Assembly (NCBI GenBank): GCA_965208675.1
Contig: OZ242351.1
Span: 1,696,001 to 1,760,000 of the forward strand
Source of the DNA: Candidatus Poribacteria bacterium
Lineage (GTDB): Bacteria; Poribacteria; WGA-4E; PCPOR2b
DNA: 64,000 bases
Direction: 5' to 3'
The position numbers were made by a program, and so were the translations under genes. Positions 48,196-58,168 of this stretch are shown piece after piece (within the stretch, counting starts at the first letter, position 1; every line of letters starts with the position of its first letter). The notes beneath the pieces were generated by a model, which saw only the letters and a program-made list of their open reading frames with translations, had not been told where the DNA came from and did no database searches.

Positions 48196-49197
48196 ATGGA
48201 GTACCGCAGCCTTGGACGCACAGGCACGAAGGTAAGCACGCTGTGTCTTGGAAGCGTGACATTTGGGGATCGAACGAGCGAATCCGACGCCATGGATATC
48301 ATCGATCGGGGAGTTGACGCGGGAATCAATTTTTTGGATACAGCCAATGTCTACAATCGCGGCCGGAGTGAAGAAGTCATCGGCAAAGCGCTCCAGCGCA
48401 ATGGGAAACGTCCTCACATCGTGTTAGCGACCAAAGTGCACAGCCGCATGAACGACATCGACCCAAATGCAGCGGGGAATCACCGCCGACATATCATCGA
48501 GCAGTGCGAGGCGTCACTGAGGCGTTTGCAGACGGATTACATTGACCTATACCAAATCCACCGTCCTACCTCAGACGTGCCAATTGACGAAACACTCGGC
48601 GCGCTAGATGACCTCATCCGAAGTGGAAAGGTACGCTACATCGGTACGAGTACGTTCGGGGCTTGGCAAGTTATGGAGTCGCTGTGGACTTCGAAAGCGC
48701 TGGGGTTGAATCGCTTTGTAAGTGAGCAACCGCCATATCACCTGTTGGATCGACGTATTGAGCTTGAGTTAATACCCATGGCGCAGACGTATGGGCTTGC
48801 GTTGATTCCGTGGTCGCCGTTGGCTGGCGGATTCTTAACAGGCAAATACAACCGTGACGGCTCACGCCCCGCAAGCGCCCGTTTCCAACCGGAAAATGAA
48901 GACCGTGACCTATTTTCGGACGCTGCGTTCGATGTCTTGGATGTTGTGTCAAATATCGCTAAAGAGAAGAATTGTACATCAAGCCAGTTTGCACTCGCAT
49001 GGTGTGCGCAACAACCTGGCATTACCAGTCCAATAATTGGCCCAAGAACAATGGCTCAGCTAGAAGACAACCTGGGTGCAATACACGTGCAGGTGACTGA
49101 TGAGGATAGGGGGAGCCTCGATGAAAAAATCCCGCCCAATCAATGCATTGCCTCCTACTATGAGGCAGATTTTGGCCCCCATGCGTTTCGATGGTAA
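48196..49197 (+). CDS. Aldo/keto reductase, paralog 2
   Basis: Same motifs; long identical peptide blocks shared with 47133. Confidence 0.92.
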   Translation: MEYRSLGRTGTKVSTLCLGSVTFGDRTSESDAMDIIDRGVDAGINFLDTANVYNRGRSEEVIGKALQRNGKRPHIVLATKVHSRMNDIDPNAAGNHRRHIIEQCEASLRRLQTDYIDLYQIHRPTSDVPIDETLGALDDLIRSGKVRYIGTSTFGAWQVMESLWTSKALGLNRFVSEQPPYHLLDRRIELELIPMAQTYGLALIPWSPLAGGFLTGKYNRDGSRPASARFQPENEDRDLFSDAAFDVLDVVSNIAKEKNCTSSQFALAWCAQQPGITSPIIGPRTMAQLEDNLGAIHVQVTDEDRGSLDEKIPPNQCIASYYEADFGPHAFRW

Positions 49198-49289
49198 TCT
49201 CTTTCTCAGTTTAATCTTCGAGAATTTCATTTTCAAAGGGCTAAGGTTTACCTAATCCAGTCACATTTCTCGGAGTCCTAGCGTGTTTT

Positions 49290-49560
49290 TTCCCCCGCTA
49301 ACTCCCCCTTATCAAGGGGGAAGTTTAAGAACGGCGTATTAACATCAGTGTGAAGCCGTCCTCAACGGTCGGGATTGCGTAACCCAACCACTACGAGTCG
49401 TCATGGGACTGCGCACCGCCCTTGATTGGTTAGTCGTGATGAAATGTCAAAGGAACCTTGAGTTCAAATCATTTAATGATTACTTCCTTACCTATGTGGG
49501 AGCGTCCTCCCGGACGCGATAATCTCCGAATTCCGAGGCAAAGACGCTTCTCCCGCCGGT
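49290..49560. repeat. Intergenic cluster of degenerate repeat copies
   Basis: CTAACTCCCCCTTATCAAGGGGGA (about 49298), GCGTAACCCAAC (about 49377) and GTGGGAGCGTCCTCCCGGACGCGAT (about 49496). Confidence 0.55.
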
Positions 49561-49658
49561 GGAATTTTTGCAAACATCAAAAGACGAAACTCGGCATGCC
49601 AGGTCTACAGAAAATCTTGGCGAGCCACCCTAAAAAAATTATTGCCAAGGGCTAATGA

Positions 49659-50300
49659 ATGGGAATGATATTAGAGCGTTTGGTTGTAAGTCCTTTCGAG
49701 TCTAACTGCTGGATACTTGGTTGTGAAAAATCACGCGAGGGCATTGTCATAGACCCAGGAGATGACGCGGAGCGTATCCTGGAGGTCGTGAATCGGCACA
49801 GCCTATCGCTGAAATACGCCATCCAGACGCATGCTCATCTAGATCATATCTCTGCAACGGCTGCTATTCAAGTTGAGACTGGCGCCGAAGTGCTTATCCA
49901 CGAAGCTGAGCAACTCCTCTTGGATAATCTATCGGCGCAAGCGTCGCTGTTTGGGCTACCCGCACCAGCCGCCCCTACGGTAAATCGGCACATCAGAGAC
50001 GGGGATAAAATATCTCTCGCGGGATACACCTTATCCGTCATTGAAACCCCCGGCCACAGTCCGGGCGGTATCTCCCTAAAATTGGAAGGATCGGAAAAAC
50101 TGCTTTTCACCGGCGATGCGCTCTTTCAAGGAAGCATTGGGCGTACGGATTTGATGGGCGGTTCTTTTTCCCAATTGATTGATTCCATCCGGGAAAAACT
50201 GTTTCCGCTTGATGATGACACCGTAATCCACCCAGGTCACGGTGAAAGTTCCACATTGGGCGCAGAGAAGCGTTTCAATCCATTTTTGCGAGAATTGTAG
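49659..50300 (+). CDS. MBL-fold metallo-hydrolase (glyoxalase II-like)
   Basis: THAHLDH, TPGHSPG, GDALF, GRTDL and PGHG motifs. Confidence 0.9.
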   Translation: MGMILERLVVSPFESNCWILGCEKSREGIVIDPGDDAERILEVVNRHSLSLKYAIQTHAHLDHISATAAIQVETGAEVLIHEAEQLLLDNLSAQASLFGLPAPAAPTVNRHIRDGDKISLAGYTLSVIETPGHSPGGISLKLEGSEKLLFTGDALFQGSIGRTDLMGGSFSQLIDSIREKLFPLDDDTVIHPGHGESSTLGAEKRFNPFLREL

Positions 50301-50470
50301 CGGCTCGAACATCCGCGTAGTTCTATGCCGATTGCCCTTTGGTGTCTGGTCGTAAGCGCAAACGATACGCTTTTCCTGAACACACATATCTAGGCAAAAT
50401 TTCCGGCATTATTCAGAATTCCCGCGCGTTTAAGCGGAGGATTCAGAAAACACGATCGGAGGGTCAATTC

Positions 50471-51904
50471 ATGAGTTGCGGATTTCGCCAGTTCTGCATC
50501 CGATTGGCGCGAATATTCTATTGCCTTACGCTCGTCGCAATATTATTGATTACGGGGGCAGGCGCGCCGAACGCCTTGGCGGAGTGGATAAAGGATTTGA
50601 ACCAAAATACGCCGGTCTGTACGGCGAAGAACGACCAATACTTTCCCAATCTCACGTCCGATGGCGCGGGCGGCGTCATCGTTGTATGGCAGGATACGAG
50701 ACACGGTAATCAAGATGTGTTTGCCCAACGAGTCAGCGCCGTAGGCGAAATGCTTTGGACGGAAAACGGAATTCCGGTTTGCGGCTTGCCGAGCCACCAA
50801 AGCTGGCCCATTATCATTACCGACCAAACCGGTGGCGCAATAATTATCTTCAGGGATTCGCGGCACGGCAACCAAGACGTTTACGCCCAGCGAATTAGCG
50901 CGGATGGACAGCTGCTTTGGGATGAAGGCGGTGTGCCGGTCTGTGTAGATCCGTCGTTTCAAGATGATGTCGACGCCATTCCCAGCGGCAGCGGCGGTGC
51001 AATTATCGTATGGGAGGATTGGCGGCATGGAAATCAGGATATCTATGCGCAATGTATTGATGGGGATGGAAAATCCGTTTGGACGCAGAACGGTGTTCCC
51101 GTTAATCGGAGCGAGGGGCATCAATACGACTGCGTCTTAGCAGCGGATGGCAGCGGAGGCGCAATTTTTGCCTGGTGGAATCTTACACCTGATTGGAACG
51201 TCTTCGCGCAGCGTCTCAATGCGAAAGGCGAAACGGTTTGGGAGCCTGAAGGGATTCCCGTATGTGTTGCGCCGGGGAATCAGGGCGCGCCGCTCATTGT
51301 TCCCGATAACGAGGGAGGCGCCTTTTGTGTTTGGTCCGACTACCGCAACGCGCCGAGTCCATTTTCCATCAGTGCCGATCTGTTCGCCCAGCGCATCAAT
51401 GCAGAGGGCACCGTCCTTTGGGAAACGAACGGAATCAGTATTTGCAATCAGCCGTCAAATCAACAGCAGCCCGCGGGAGTAAGCGATGGTGCGGGAGGCA
51501 TAATTGTTGCCTGGTGGGATGAACGCGACATTTTTTCCGACATTTATGCGCAGCGCGTAAGTCCTGATGGCGTGATGATGTGGGAGATGAATGGCATTCC
51601 TGTGTGTGCGGCGGGAGGTGAGCAGCGTAACCCGGGGTGCGTCCCCGATGGCTCACAAGGCGCCGTTGTCTACTGGCTGGATTATCGCGAGGATTTCGGA
51701 AACACCACAGCGGACGCAATCTACGCCCAACGGATTGACCCAAACGGCAAATCCCTATGGCCGCTCAACGGCATTCCAATCTGTACGGCTGATGGGAATC
51801 AAATTACGCCGCAAGCCAACCCCGACGGTCAGGGCGGTGCTTTCATCATTTGGAGCGACGGCCGAACCGATGAACCAGATATTTACATCCATCGCGCACC
51901 TTAA
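50471..51904 (+). CDS. Secreted protein with seven ~60-aa repeats, probable beta-propeller
   Basis: Repeats of Q.P...DGxGG...WxDxR...DIYAQRI...G...W...GIPVC; GGAGGG RBS before ATG 50471. Confidence 0.8.
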   Translation: MSCGFRQFCIRLARIFYCLTLVAILLITGAGAPNALAEWIKDLNQNTPVCTAKNDQYFPNLTSDGAGGVIVVWQDTRHGNQDVFAQRVSAVGEMLWTENGIPVCGLPSHQSWPIIITDQTGGAIIIFRDSRHGNQDVYAQRISADGQLLWDEGGVPVCVDPSFQDDVDAIPSGSGGAIIVWEDWRHGNQDIYAQCIDGDGKSVWTQNGVPVNRSEGHQYDCVLAADGSGGAIFAWWNLTPDWNVFAQRLNAKGETVWEPEGIPVCVAPGNQGAPLIVPDNEGGAFCVWSDYRNAPSPFSISADLFAQRINAEGTVLWETNGISICNQPSNQQQPAGVSDGAGGIIVAWWDERDIFSDIYAQRVSPDGVMMWEMNGIPVCAAGGEQRNPGCVPDGSQGAVVYWLDYREDFGNTTADAIYAQRIDPNGKSLWPLNGIPICTADGNQITPQANPDGQGGAFIIWSDGRTDEPDIYIHRAP

Positions 51905-51995
51905 GCACAATGTGTATCGAAATCCCAACACCAAGAACACCCAAATTTGACGAGAGTTACGGTGCAGTTTGCTTGGAATTCAAGATTGGCGGCGC

Positions 51996-52700
51996 ATGGT
52001 ATCTGACAGGGAATTGATGAAAATACAGGTTGAGGTGCTATTCACGCTGAATAAGGATAGGCGTATGCTAAGTATCAACCAACTAAGCAGTGATGTAGAA
52101 CCTGCGCCACGTTTCTTCATTGGATACACCAACCAAGGTTCAATCTGCAGATTCCGGTTTGACCTCCCCGATAATGTAGTTGCCCAGCTAAGGGAGGTTG
52201 CCGCTGCTGAACGGACGCCTATGGATTCGCGGACATTTCCGAGTTGCCGCAACCAATTCGTGGACATCCTTCAAAACCATGCGCCGATTGAACGTATATG
52301 GTTAGGACCCGCATATCGTTTTCCCAAACACATTACACGCCCGCAAAATGTTGTTCGGTTATTACCTGAGAACATTGGGCTTCTGAAAGGTGACTTCGCG
52401 AGGCTAGCGCCGGAGATTGATGATGGGCGGTTCTGTTTTGCAGTCATTGAGGACTCGCAAGCGGTGTCGATTTGCCGAAGCGTCCGCATTTCATCAAAAG
52501 CGCATGAAGCAGGAGTTGATACGCTGAACGCGTATCGTCGTTGTGGGTATGCAGCGGCTACTGTTGCCGCGTGGGCGCTTGCCGTTCGCTCCAAAAACCT
52601 CATCCCGCTCTACAGCACCTCATGGAACAATGCGGCATCGCTGGGAGTGGCTCAACGACTAGGTTTAGTGCAATATGGTGTCGACTATCATGTGACATGA
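51996..52700 (+). CDS. GNAT-family acetyltransferase
   Basis: EAGVDT...YRRCGYA acetyl-CoA motif; YSTSWNNAAS. Confidence 0.8.
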   Translation: MVSDRELMKIQVEVLFTLNKDRRMLSINQLSSDVEPAPRFFIGYTNQGSICRFRFDLPDNVVAQLREVAAAERTPMDSRTFPSCRNQFVDILQNHAPIERIWLGPAYRFPKHITRPQNVVRLLPENIGLLKGDFARLAPEIDDGRFCFAVIEDSQAVSICRSVRISSKAHEAGVDTLNAYRRCGYAAATVAAWALAVRSKNLIPLYSTSWNNAASLGVAQRLGLVQYGVDYHVT

Positions 52701-52884
52701 TAGCTACAAAGCGACGTGCCCCCAAAAAACTGGACAGGGAGCTAAGAAGGATTTTATAATAACTAACCGTCCAGAAACGGGATTTGGCTAAACGCAATAG
52801 CCACATTCAAAACGAACGAATCATCTCATGAACTTAATCGGTTTCTGTTGGAGGATTTTTAAACATAGCCTTTAAGGAGAAAAC

Positions 52885-55002
52885 ATGGCAAACACAGAAA
52901 GTCACGAACAGTTATCTAGAATTCTCAATAGTGTCGGTGATGCTGTGATTGCTACGGATCAAATGGGACTGATAACATTCATGAATCCGGTTGCCGAAAC
53001 ATTGACCGGTTGGGAAAAGGAAGAAGCGTCCGGAAAGCAATTTACTGACATTCTCAATATTAATGTTGGATCCAGCGGGAATCCCATCAAAAATACGTAT
53101 TTGATAGAGGCGCTCCAAGGTGGACCTGTTTCCTCCGAGGGATTCTCCTCTGCTTCCGAGGAGGACTATGATACCTTTCTTATTTCAAAATCTGGCCGGG
53201 AAATCCCTATTGACTATAACATCACTCCTATAAAAGATGAGGAAGAAAAACCCGCCGGCATCGTCGTAACTTTCCGCGACATCTCCAATTTTAAATCGAA
53301 GGATGAACAAACAAACCGTACCATCAGCGAGTTACGCCATCAAACCCAACTGATGGAAACTGTTTTTAATAGTATGTATGATGGTATCGCTGTCCTCAGC
53401 TTAACAAATGACATTTTGTTCCTCAATCCAAGCATACAACAAATCTTCGGTCCCGAACCTCTGAATGTCACGCCCCGCAGCAAATGGACTGAAACACACG
53501 GCGTTTTCTATTCTGACGAAAAAACACCCGTGCTATTCCATCAGATCATGTCCGCACTGATCGCCCAGGGTGGAGCGATAATAGAGCAAGAAGTTTTTGT
53601 ACGCAATAAGAATCAGGCGGAAGGAATTCACGTGAAGGCTAGTGCCCTCCCTTTATTTGATGAGAATCAGGAAGTGGTAGCCTACGTGTATGTTGTTCAC
53701 GACATTACAAAGGACAAAATAGCAGCCATACAGCTGGAAAAAGCAATGCAGGATCTGCAAAATCAGGTTCAACTGACGAATACCATTTTTGGCAGTATGG
53801 GTGATGGGGTAATCGCCGCCGATGCAAGCGGCGCATTCACAATTTTTAATCCAAGCGCGGAAAAAATTCTCGGAATCGGTCCGATAGATACAACTCCTGA
53901 AAAATGGAGTGAGGTCTACGGTTTCTTTTTCCCCGATAGAGTTACACTCTTTCCTGCAGATGAACTGCCGCTTGCCCGTGCCCTTAAAGGCGAAGCTTCA
54001 GACGAGGTAGAGATGTTCGTGCGCAACCCGAATGTGCCGGAAGGCGTTTTTATCAGCGTCAGTGGCAGGCCTCTGAATGAGGAAGACAGTATTGAAATGG
54101 GAGGCGTTATTGTTTTCCGCGATGTGTCGCATCGGGCGATTGCCGAAGAAGCGTTGACGCAAGCGTTCGCGCACGGGCGACTGGAAATTGTCGAGACCAT
54201 CCTCCATAATATTGGCAACGCCATCAACAGTGTAACGGTAGGAATTAACGTCCTTCAAGAAAATTTAGCCGATAATGAACTTCTGCACCATTTCTTCGCA
54301 TTTGCTGATGCGGTAAAATCACATCAAGGCGATTGGGTTGAATACATCAAAAATGACCCGCAAGGACAGCAGGTGCTCCCATTTTTAATCGCGGTCGCGG
54401 GAGATTTTACCGACCAGAATAAAGAAGTGGTTGAGACGCTTGAACGCGTCAGTGAAAGGGTTTCGCATATCACCGACATCATCCGTACACAGAAGTCCGC
54501 AAGTCAGCCCAGTGTAAGTCGGAAAAATATCAACCTTCAGGCAGCGATTCTGAGCGCAGTGAAATTACAGCAAGATTCCATCGACAAAAGAGGCATCCAA
54601 GTAGACATCAACTGTGAAAACGCCCCCGAAGAAATTCGGATTCAAGAGAGTCAATTCCATCAAATGTTGGTGAATCTGGTCAAAAATTCGATTGAAGCCA
54701 TTGATGAACTCGCTCGATCGGGTGTATTCAATGCATCCCCGCATATCGCGGTCAGAGCGTATACGAGCGATGATTTTCTCTGTCTTGATGTTATTGATAA
54801 TGGCATCGGTATTGCCCCGGAAAACTTGAAGCTCATTTTCGCTGCTGGTTACACAACCAAGGAATCGGGGACCGGGCTAGGTCTCCATTCAAGCGCTAAT
54901 TTTGTGATTGGATCTGGCGGGAAGATTTATCCCTTGAGCGAGGGGATTGGCAAAGGCACAACCATGCGAATCATGCTGCGTTACTCCTCCGTTATACTTT
55001 AG
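52885..55002 (+). CDS. Cytoplasmic multi-PAS sensor histidine kinase
   Basis: Three PAS starts (DAVIATD, DGIAVLS, DGVIAAD); LHNIGNAINS H-box; DNGIGI and GTGLGL. Confidence 0.9.
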   Translation: MANTESHEQLSRILNSVGDAVIATDQMGLITFMNPVAETLTGWEKEEASGKQFTDILNINVGSSGNPIKNTYLIEALQGGPVSSEGFSSASEEDYDTFLISKSGREIPIDYNITPIKDEEEKPAGIVVTFRDISNFKSKDEQTNRTISELRHQTQLMETVFNSMYDGIAVLSLTNDILFLNPSIQQIFGPEPLNVTPRSKWTETHGVFYSDEKTPVLFHQIMSALIAQGGAIIEQEVFVRNKNQAEGIHVKASALPLFDENQEVVAYVYVVHDITKDKIAAIQLEKAMQDLQNQVQLTNTIFGSMGDGVIAADASGAFTIFNPSAEKILGIGPIDTTPEKWSEVYGFFFPDRVTLFPADELPLARALKGEASDEVEMFVRNPNVPEGVFISVSGRPLNEEDSIEMGGVIVFRDVSHRAIAEEALTQAFAHGRLEIVETILHNIGNAINSVTVGINVLQENLADNELLHHFFAFADAVKSHQGDWVEYIKNDPQGQQVLPFLIAVAGDFTDQNKEVVETLERVSERVSHITDIIRTQKSASQPSVSRKNINLQAAILSAVKLQQDSIDKRGIQVDINCENAPEEIRIQESQFHQMLVNLVKNSIEAIDELARSGVFNASPHIAVRAYTSDDFLCLDVIDNGIGIAPENLKLIFAAGYTTKESGTGLGLHSSANFVIGSGGKIYPLSEGIGKGTTMRIMLRYSSVIL

Positions 55003-55030
55003 AGAATCATCTCTGCCATTCGGTAGACGC

Positions 55031-55066
55031 GATCAAGCGAGTGGATAGCGAGCGCGATAGAGATCC
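55031..55066. repeat. Dispersed 36-bp repeat, copy 2
   Basis: Matches 3217-3252. Confidence 0.75.
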
Positions 55067-55104
55067 CCTTTCCCAGCTGCGCTGAACCCAATCAATTACA
55101 AATA

Positions 55105-55172
55105 TTAACCGTTTACGCTTTACGCTTTACGCTTTACTCATTAATCGTTACCCATTACTCGTTCTCGTTACG
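55105..55172. repeat. Degenerate heptamer tandem array (TTACGCT/TTACTCN)n
   Basis: TTAACCG TTTACGC TTTACGC TTTACGC TTTACTC ATTAATC GTTACCC ATTACTC ... Confidence 0.8.
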
Positions 55173-55222
55173 GTAGGCGAGGCTTCTCAACCTCGCCCAT
55201 TCGTAGATTATAGGATATTAAA

Positions 55223-57157
55223 ATGGAATCAAAAGAACATTGGAATTATCGTGTTTTAATCGTTGATGACGAAGCCGGAATCCACACCGACTTTAAAGAT
55301 ATGTTGAATCCCAACCGGAGGCGGACACTAACGGCTGCGCTGGCAGAGAACTTCCACGACACGGCTCCAAAGCAAAAAACCGACTTTCTACCTAACTTTG
55401 AACTCTTGCATGCGACAAGTGGTGAGGAGGCGCAGGATATTATATGCACCGCGAAGGCATCAAACCGTCCCATCGCGGTCGCGTATATGGATGTCAGAAT
55501 GCCCCCGGGCATTGACGGGGTGGAAGCAATCCGTCGAATCAGGCAGATCGAGACGGACGTCGAGATGGTCATTATGACTGCGTACACGGATAAACCGCTG
55601 CCTGAAATTGTCCGGGATATGAAATTGCTGAACAAACTGTTATATATCCGAAAACCTTTTGCACCGGAGGAGGTTCAGCAGCTAACGCTTTCGCTAGTCG
55701 AAAGGTGGAACATCCAACAAGAACTTTCCAAAAAACAACAGCAAATCGAAACAAATAATCATAACCTCGAAATCAAGAATCACAAGCTCGAAACGGTGGT
55801 TGATGCTGCGGGCGATGCCATCGGATTGTTCGATAACGAGGGAAACCTAGTGTTCGCAAATCAACACTATCAACAACTGTTTGATTCAACACAAGAAGAA
55901 CTGAGACAGATGTCGCCCGCCGAACTCAAGGCATGTATGATGTCGCGTTTCCAATTGACGGAGGTTTCGCAACCGGGGCAAGAGTTGCTCTCCGAAAATG
56001 TAAAAGACGTGGTGGAAGCGTTTGGAGAAGAGAACTCATCCGAACCGAGGTTGCTTTATCGCTCGATTACCCCGCTGCGGAATGATCAAGGCGAATCTAC
56101 GGGTAGTGTAGTCAATTACCGTGATATGTCCAAAGAGCTTGACCTCCCGCCGACAGACGTTGATATGCTCCGCTTACATGGCGAACTTGTAGCTATTCCA
56201 TCGTTTAGCGAAATTGTAGGTGAGAACCAACACATGCGGCAGATGTTCGCGTTGATGCAACGCGCGACTGAAAGTGACATCAACGTGCTAATATCCGGAG
56301 AAAGTGGGACCGGTAAAGAATTGGTCGCACGTGCAATCCACTATAATGGTCCTCGCAAAGCCGATCCCTTTATTACCGTAAATTGTGCTGCCATTCCGGA
56401 GTCCCTCGTTGAAAGCGAATTGTTTGGTCATGAACGGGGGGCTTTCACCGGTGCCGCAACCAAACGAATCGGCAAATTTGAACAAGCGAATCGAGGAACT
56501 ATCTTTTTTGATGAAATTGGCGATATGCCGTGGGTGTTGCAGGCAAAGTTGTTGCGTGTGCTCCAAGAGCAGCAGATTCAGCGCGTCGGCGGCGAAGGCG
56601 ATATCCCGGTTGACATTCGCGTGCTGACAGCGACAAATCAGGATTTAGAAGCGGGGGTGATAGCGGGCACGTTCAGAAAGGATCTTTTCTATCGGATCGC
56701 CGCGTTCCCAATCGCTATTCCGCCGCTTAGAAATAGGTGCGAAGATATTCCCCTCTTGGTGCACCATTTTCTGAAAAAATACGCTGCGAGTGCAAAGAAA
56801 TCCATTAAAGCAATTTCCACTGATGCTTTACACTTATTGATGCAGTATGACTTTCCCGGTAACGTGCGCGAGTTGGAAAACCTGATTCGCCGCGCGGTTT
56901 TGCTTGAGACCACAGACCTGTTACAACTGAGCAACCTGTCGCCGCACATTCTGTCAATGATGACTTCCCAATCTCTCTTATCTTCCCTTGACGCAACGGG
57001 AATCCTGCCTTTTGAAGAGGTCGAACGTCACGCACTTACCCACGCTCTAGAGATAATGGACTACAATGTCACGAAGGCAGCCCAAGCCCTAAAAATCGAC
57101 CGATCCACGCTTTATCGAAAAGCGAAGTTGTATAAACTGCGCCGCCCATCCCGATAG
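55223..57157 (+). CDS. Sigma-54 enhancer-binding response regulator (REC-PAS-AAA+-HTH)
   Basis: DVRMPPGIDG, GESGTGKE, GAFTGA, FPGNVREL and IDRSTLYRK motifs. Confidence 0.92.
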   Translation: MESKEHWNYRVLIVDDEAGIHTDFKDMLNPNRRRTLTAALAENFHDTAPKQKTDFLPNFELLHATSGEEAQDIICTAKASNRPIAVAYMDVRMPPGIDGVEAIRRIRQIETDVEMVIMTAYTDKPLPEIVRDMKLLNKLLYIRKPFAPEEVQQLTLSLVERWNIQQELSKKQQQIETNNHNLEIKNHKLETVVDAAGDAIGLFDNEGNLVFANQHYQQLFDSTQEELRQMSPAELKACMMSRFQLTEVSQPGQELLSENVKDVVEAFGEENSSEPRLLYRSITPLRNDQGESTGSVVNYRDMSKELDLPPTDVDMLRLHGELVAIPSFSEIVGENQHMRQMFALMQRATESDINVLISGESGTGKELVARAIHYNGPRKADPFITVNCAAIPESLVESELFGHERGAFTGAATKRIGKFEQANRGTIFFDEIGDMPWVLQAKLLRVLQEQQIQRVGGEGDIPVDIRVLTATNQDLEAGVIAGTFRKDLFYRIAAFPIAIPPLRNRCEDIPLLVHHFLKKYAASAKKSIKAISTDALHLLMQYDFPGNVRELENLIRRAVLLETTDLLQLSNLSPHILSMMTSQSLLSSLDATGILPFEEVERHALTHALEIMDYNVTKAAQALKIDRSTLYRKAKLYKLRRPSR

Positions 57158-57188
57158 GCTGGTTTCCCCATCCCACCTTACACAAACC

Positions 57189-57244
57189 TTAACCGTTTAC
57201 GCATTACGCTTTACTCGTTACGCTTTACGCTCTACTCATTACTC
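57189..57244. repeat. Degenerate heptamer tandem array, copy 2
   Basis: TTAACCG TTTACGC ATTACGC TTTACTC GTTACGC TTTACGC TCTACTC ATTACTC. Confidence 0.8.
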
Positions 57245-57271
57245 TTTTCCGCACCGATTTGCCCCGCTGAA

Positions 57272-57307
57272 TGTCGCATTCTGCGAAATTTTAGGCATTC
57301 TGCGACA
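57272..57307. promoter_or_regulatory. Candidate tandem upstream activator sites for a sigma-54 activator
   Basis: TGTCGCATTCTGCGAAA and TTAGGCATTCTGCGACA: two imperfect TGTCGCA-N3-TGCGACA dyads sharing GCATTCTGCGA. Confidence 0.55.
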
Positions 57308-57514
57308 AACTCCCCCGTATCCCGCTCCACTACAGCCTTTCCTCCAATTTTCTCCGATTCAATATCCGTCTTACCTATCGCATTTTCCCACGATTTCAAC
57401 CCGCGCCCAATCACGTTTCCTGCCCGTCCGTTCACTTCCCCATACCCATCAAGGCTAGGCTGCTAAAGGGTTTCTCTGTTTTTACGTAGATGAACCTTTC
57501 CCTTAGAACCGGCG

Positions 57515-57531
57515 TTGGCACGGTATATGCT
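57515..57531 (+). promoter_or_regulatory. Sigma-54 (-24/-12) promoter
   Basis: TTGGCACGGTATATGCT: TGGCACG with exact GG-N10-GC spacing. Confidence 0.75.
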
Positions 57532-57541
57532 ATATTCAGAG

Positions 57542-57830
57542 AGCCAGATCGTCTTTCTCTGATTCGGCGGATTCAGACGATCGACGCAGCCAATGATCCT
57601 TCCCGCGGCAGGAGGCGACATCACGGCTACGTGATGCCTGCCGCTCCCTTTCGCCGGGGAATGGAAGGAGGGAAGGAATTTCCCTGTATTGATGCAAATG
57701 GACCTTATGTCACGCCTAATTGTGACTATTTAATGAGGGATTAGAATGCCCGCACTGTATCAAGTATGCGTTCCCTGTAACGATCCCGCCTGATTCGGGG
57801 GCGCTTGATGAACTGATTTGCCCCCTTTTG
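57542..57830 (+). ncRNA. Candidate sigma-54-dependent structured small RNA (or long structured leader)
   Basis: Stems GATCGTCT/AGACGATC, TCCTTCCC/GGGAAGGA, GCGGCAGG/CCTGCCGC and CATCACG/CGTGATG; ends in GGGGGCG...TGCCCCC-TTTT. Confidence 0.45.
57797..57829 (+). terminator. Possible intrinsic terminator
   Basis: GGGGGCG / TGCCCCC stem followed by TTTT; the 15-nt loop is long. Confidence 0.4.
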
Positions 57831-58168
57831 ATGAATTAATGATTTATTTTATCTCAAACGAATCCCGTCGCAGAATGCTAAGTTGCCATCTCAAACTAGT
57901 GCAGTTGGAGTAACCAAAACACCTCCTTTTAGTGGATGACGACAACAATATCCCCGTGCCGTAGGTTGGGAATCCCCGATAAATCGGCGAAAAGCCACAG
58001 GTGTATAGCACATCGGTAAAACAATTCTCCAATCCTCAGTGGGGCGGCATGGGTGCCGTAAAGTACGTTATTTCTGTTATGTACCGGATATGAAAACTCG
58101 ATTTACAGGCTGTCTAGCAACTTGCATTAAGACTGCCACTTTTTTTTATTTCACAAGGAGATTTAAAT

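Noticed and set aside
57490-57744. 84-aa ORF as the product of this region
   Set aside because: It starts upstream of and overlaps the sigma-54 promoter, has no RBS, and its sequence is explained by RNA stems.
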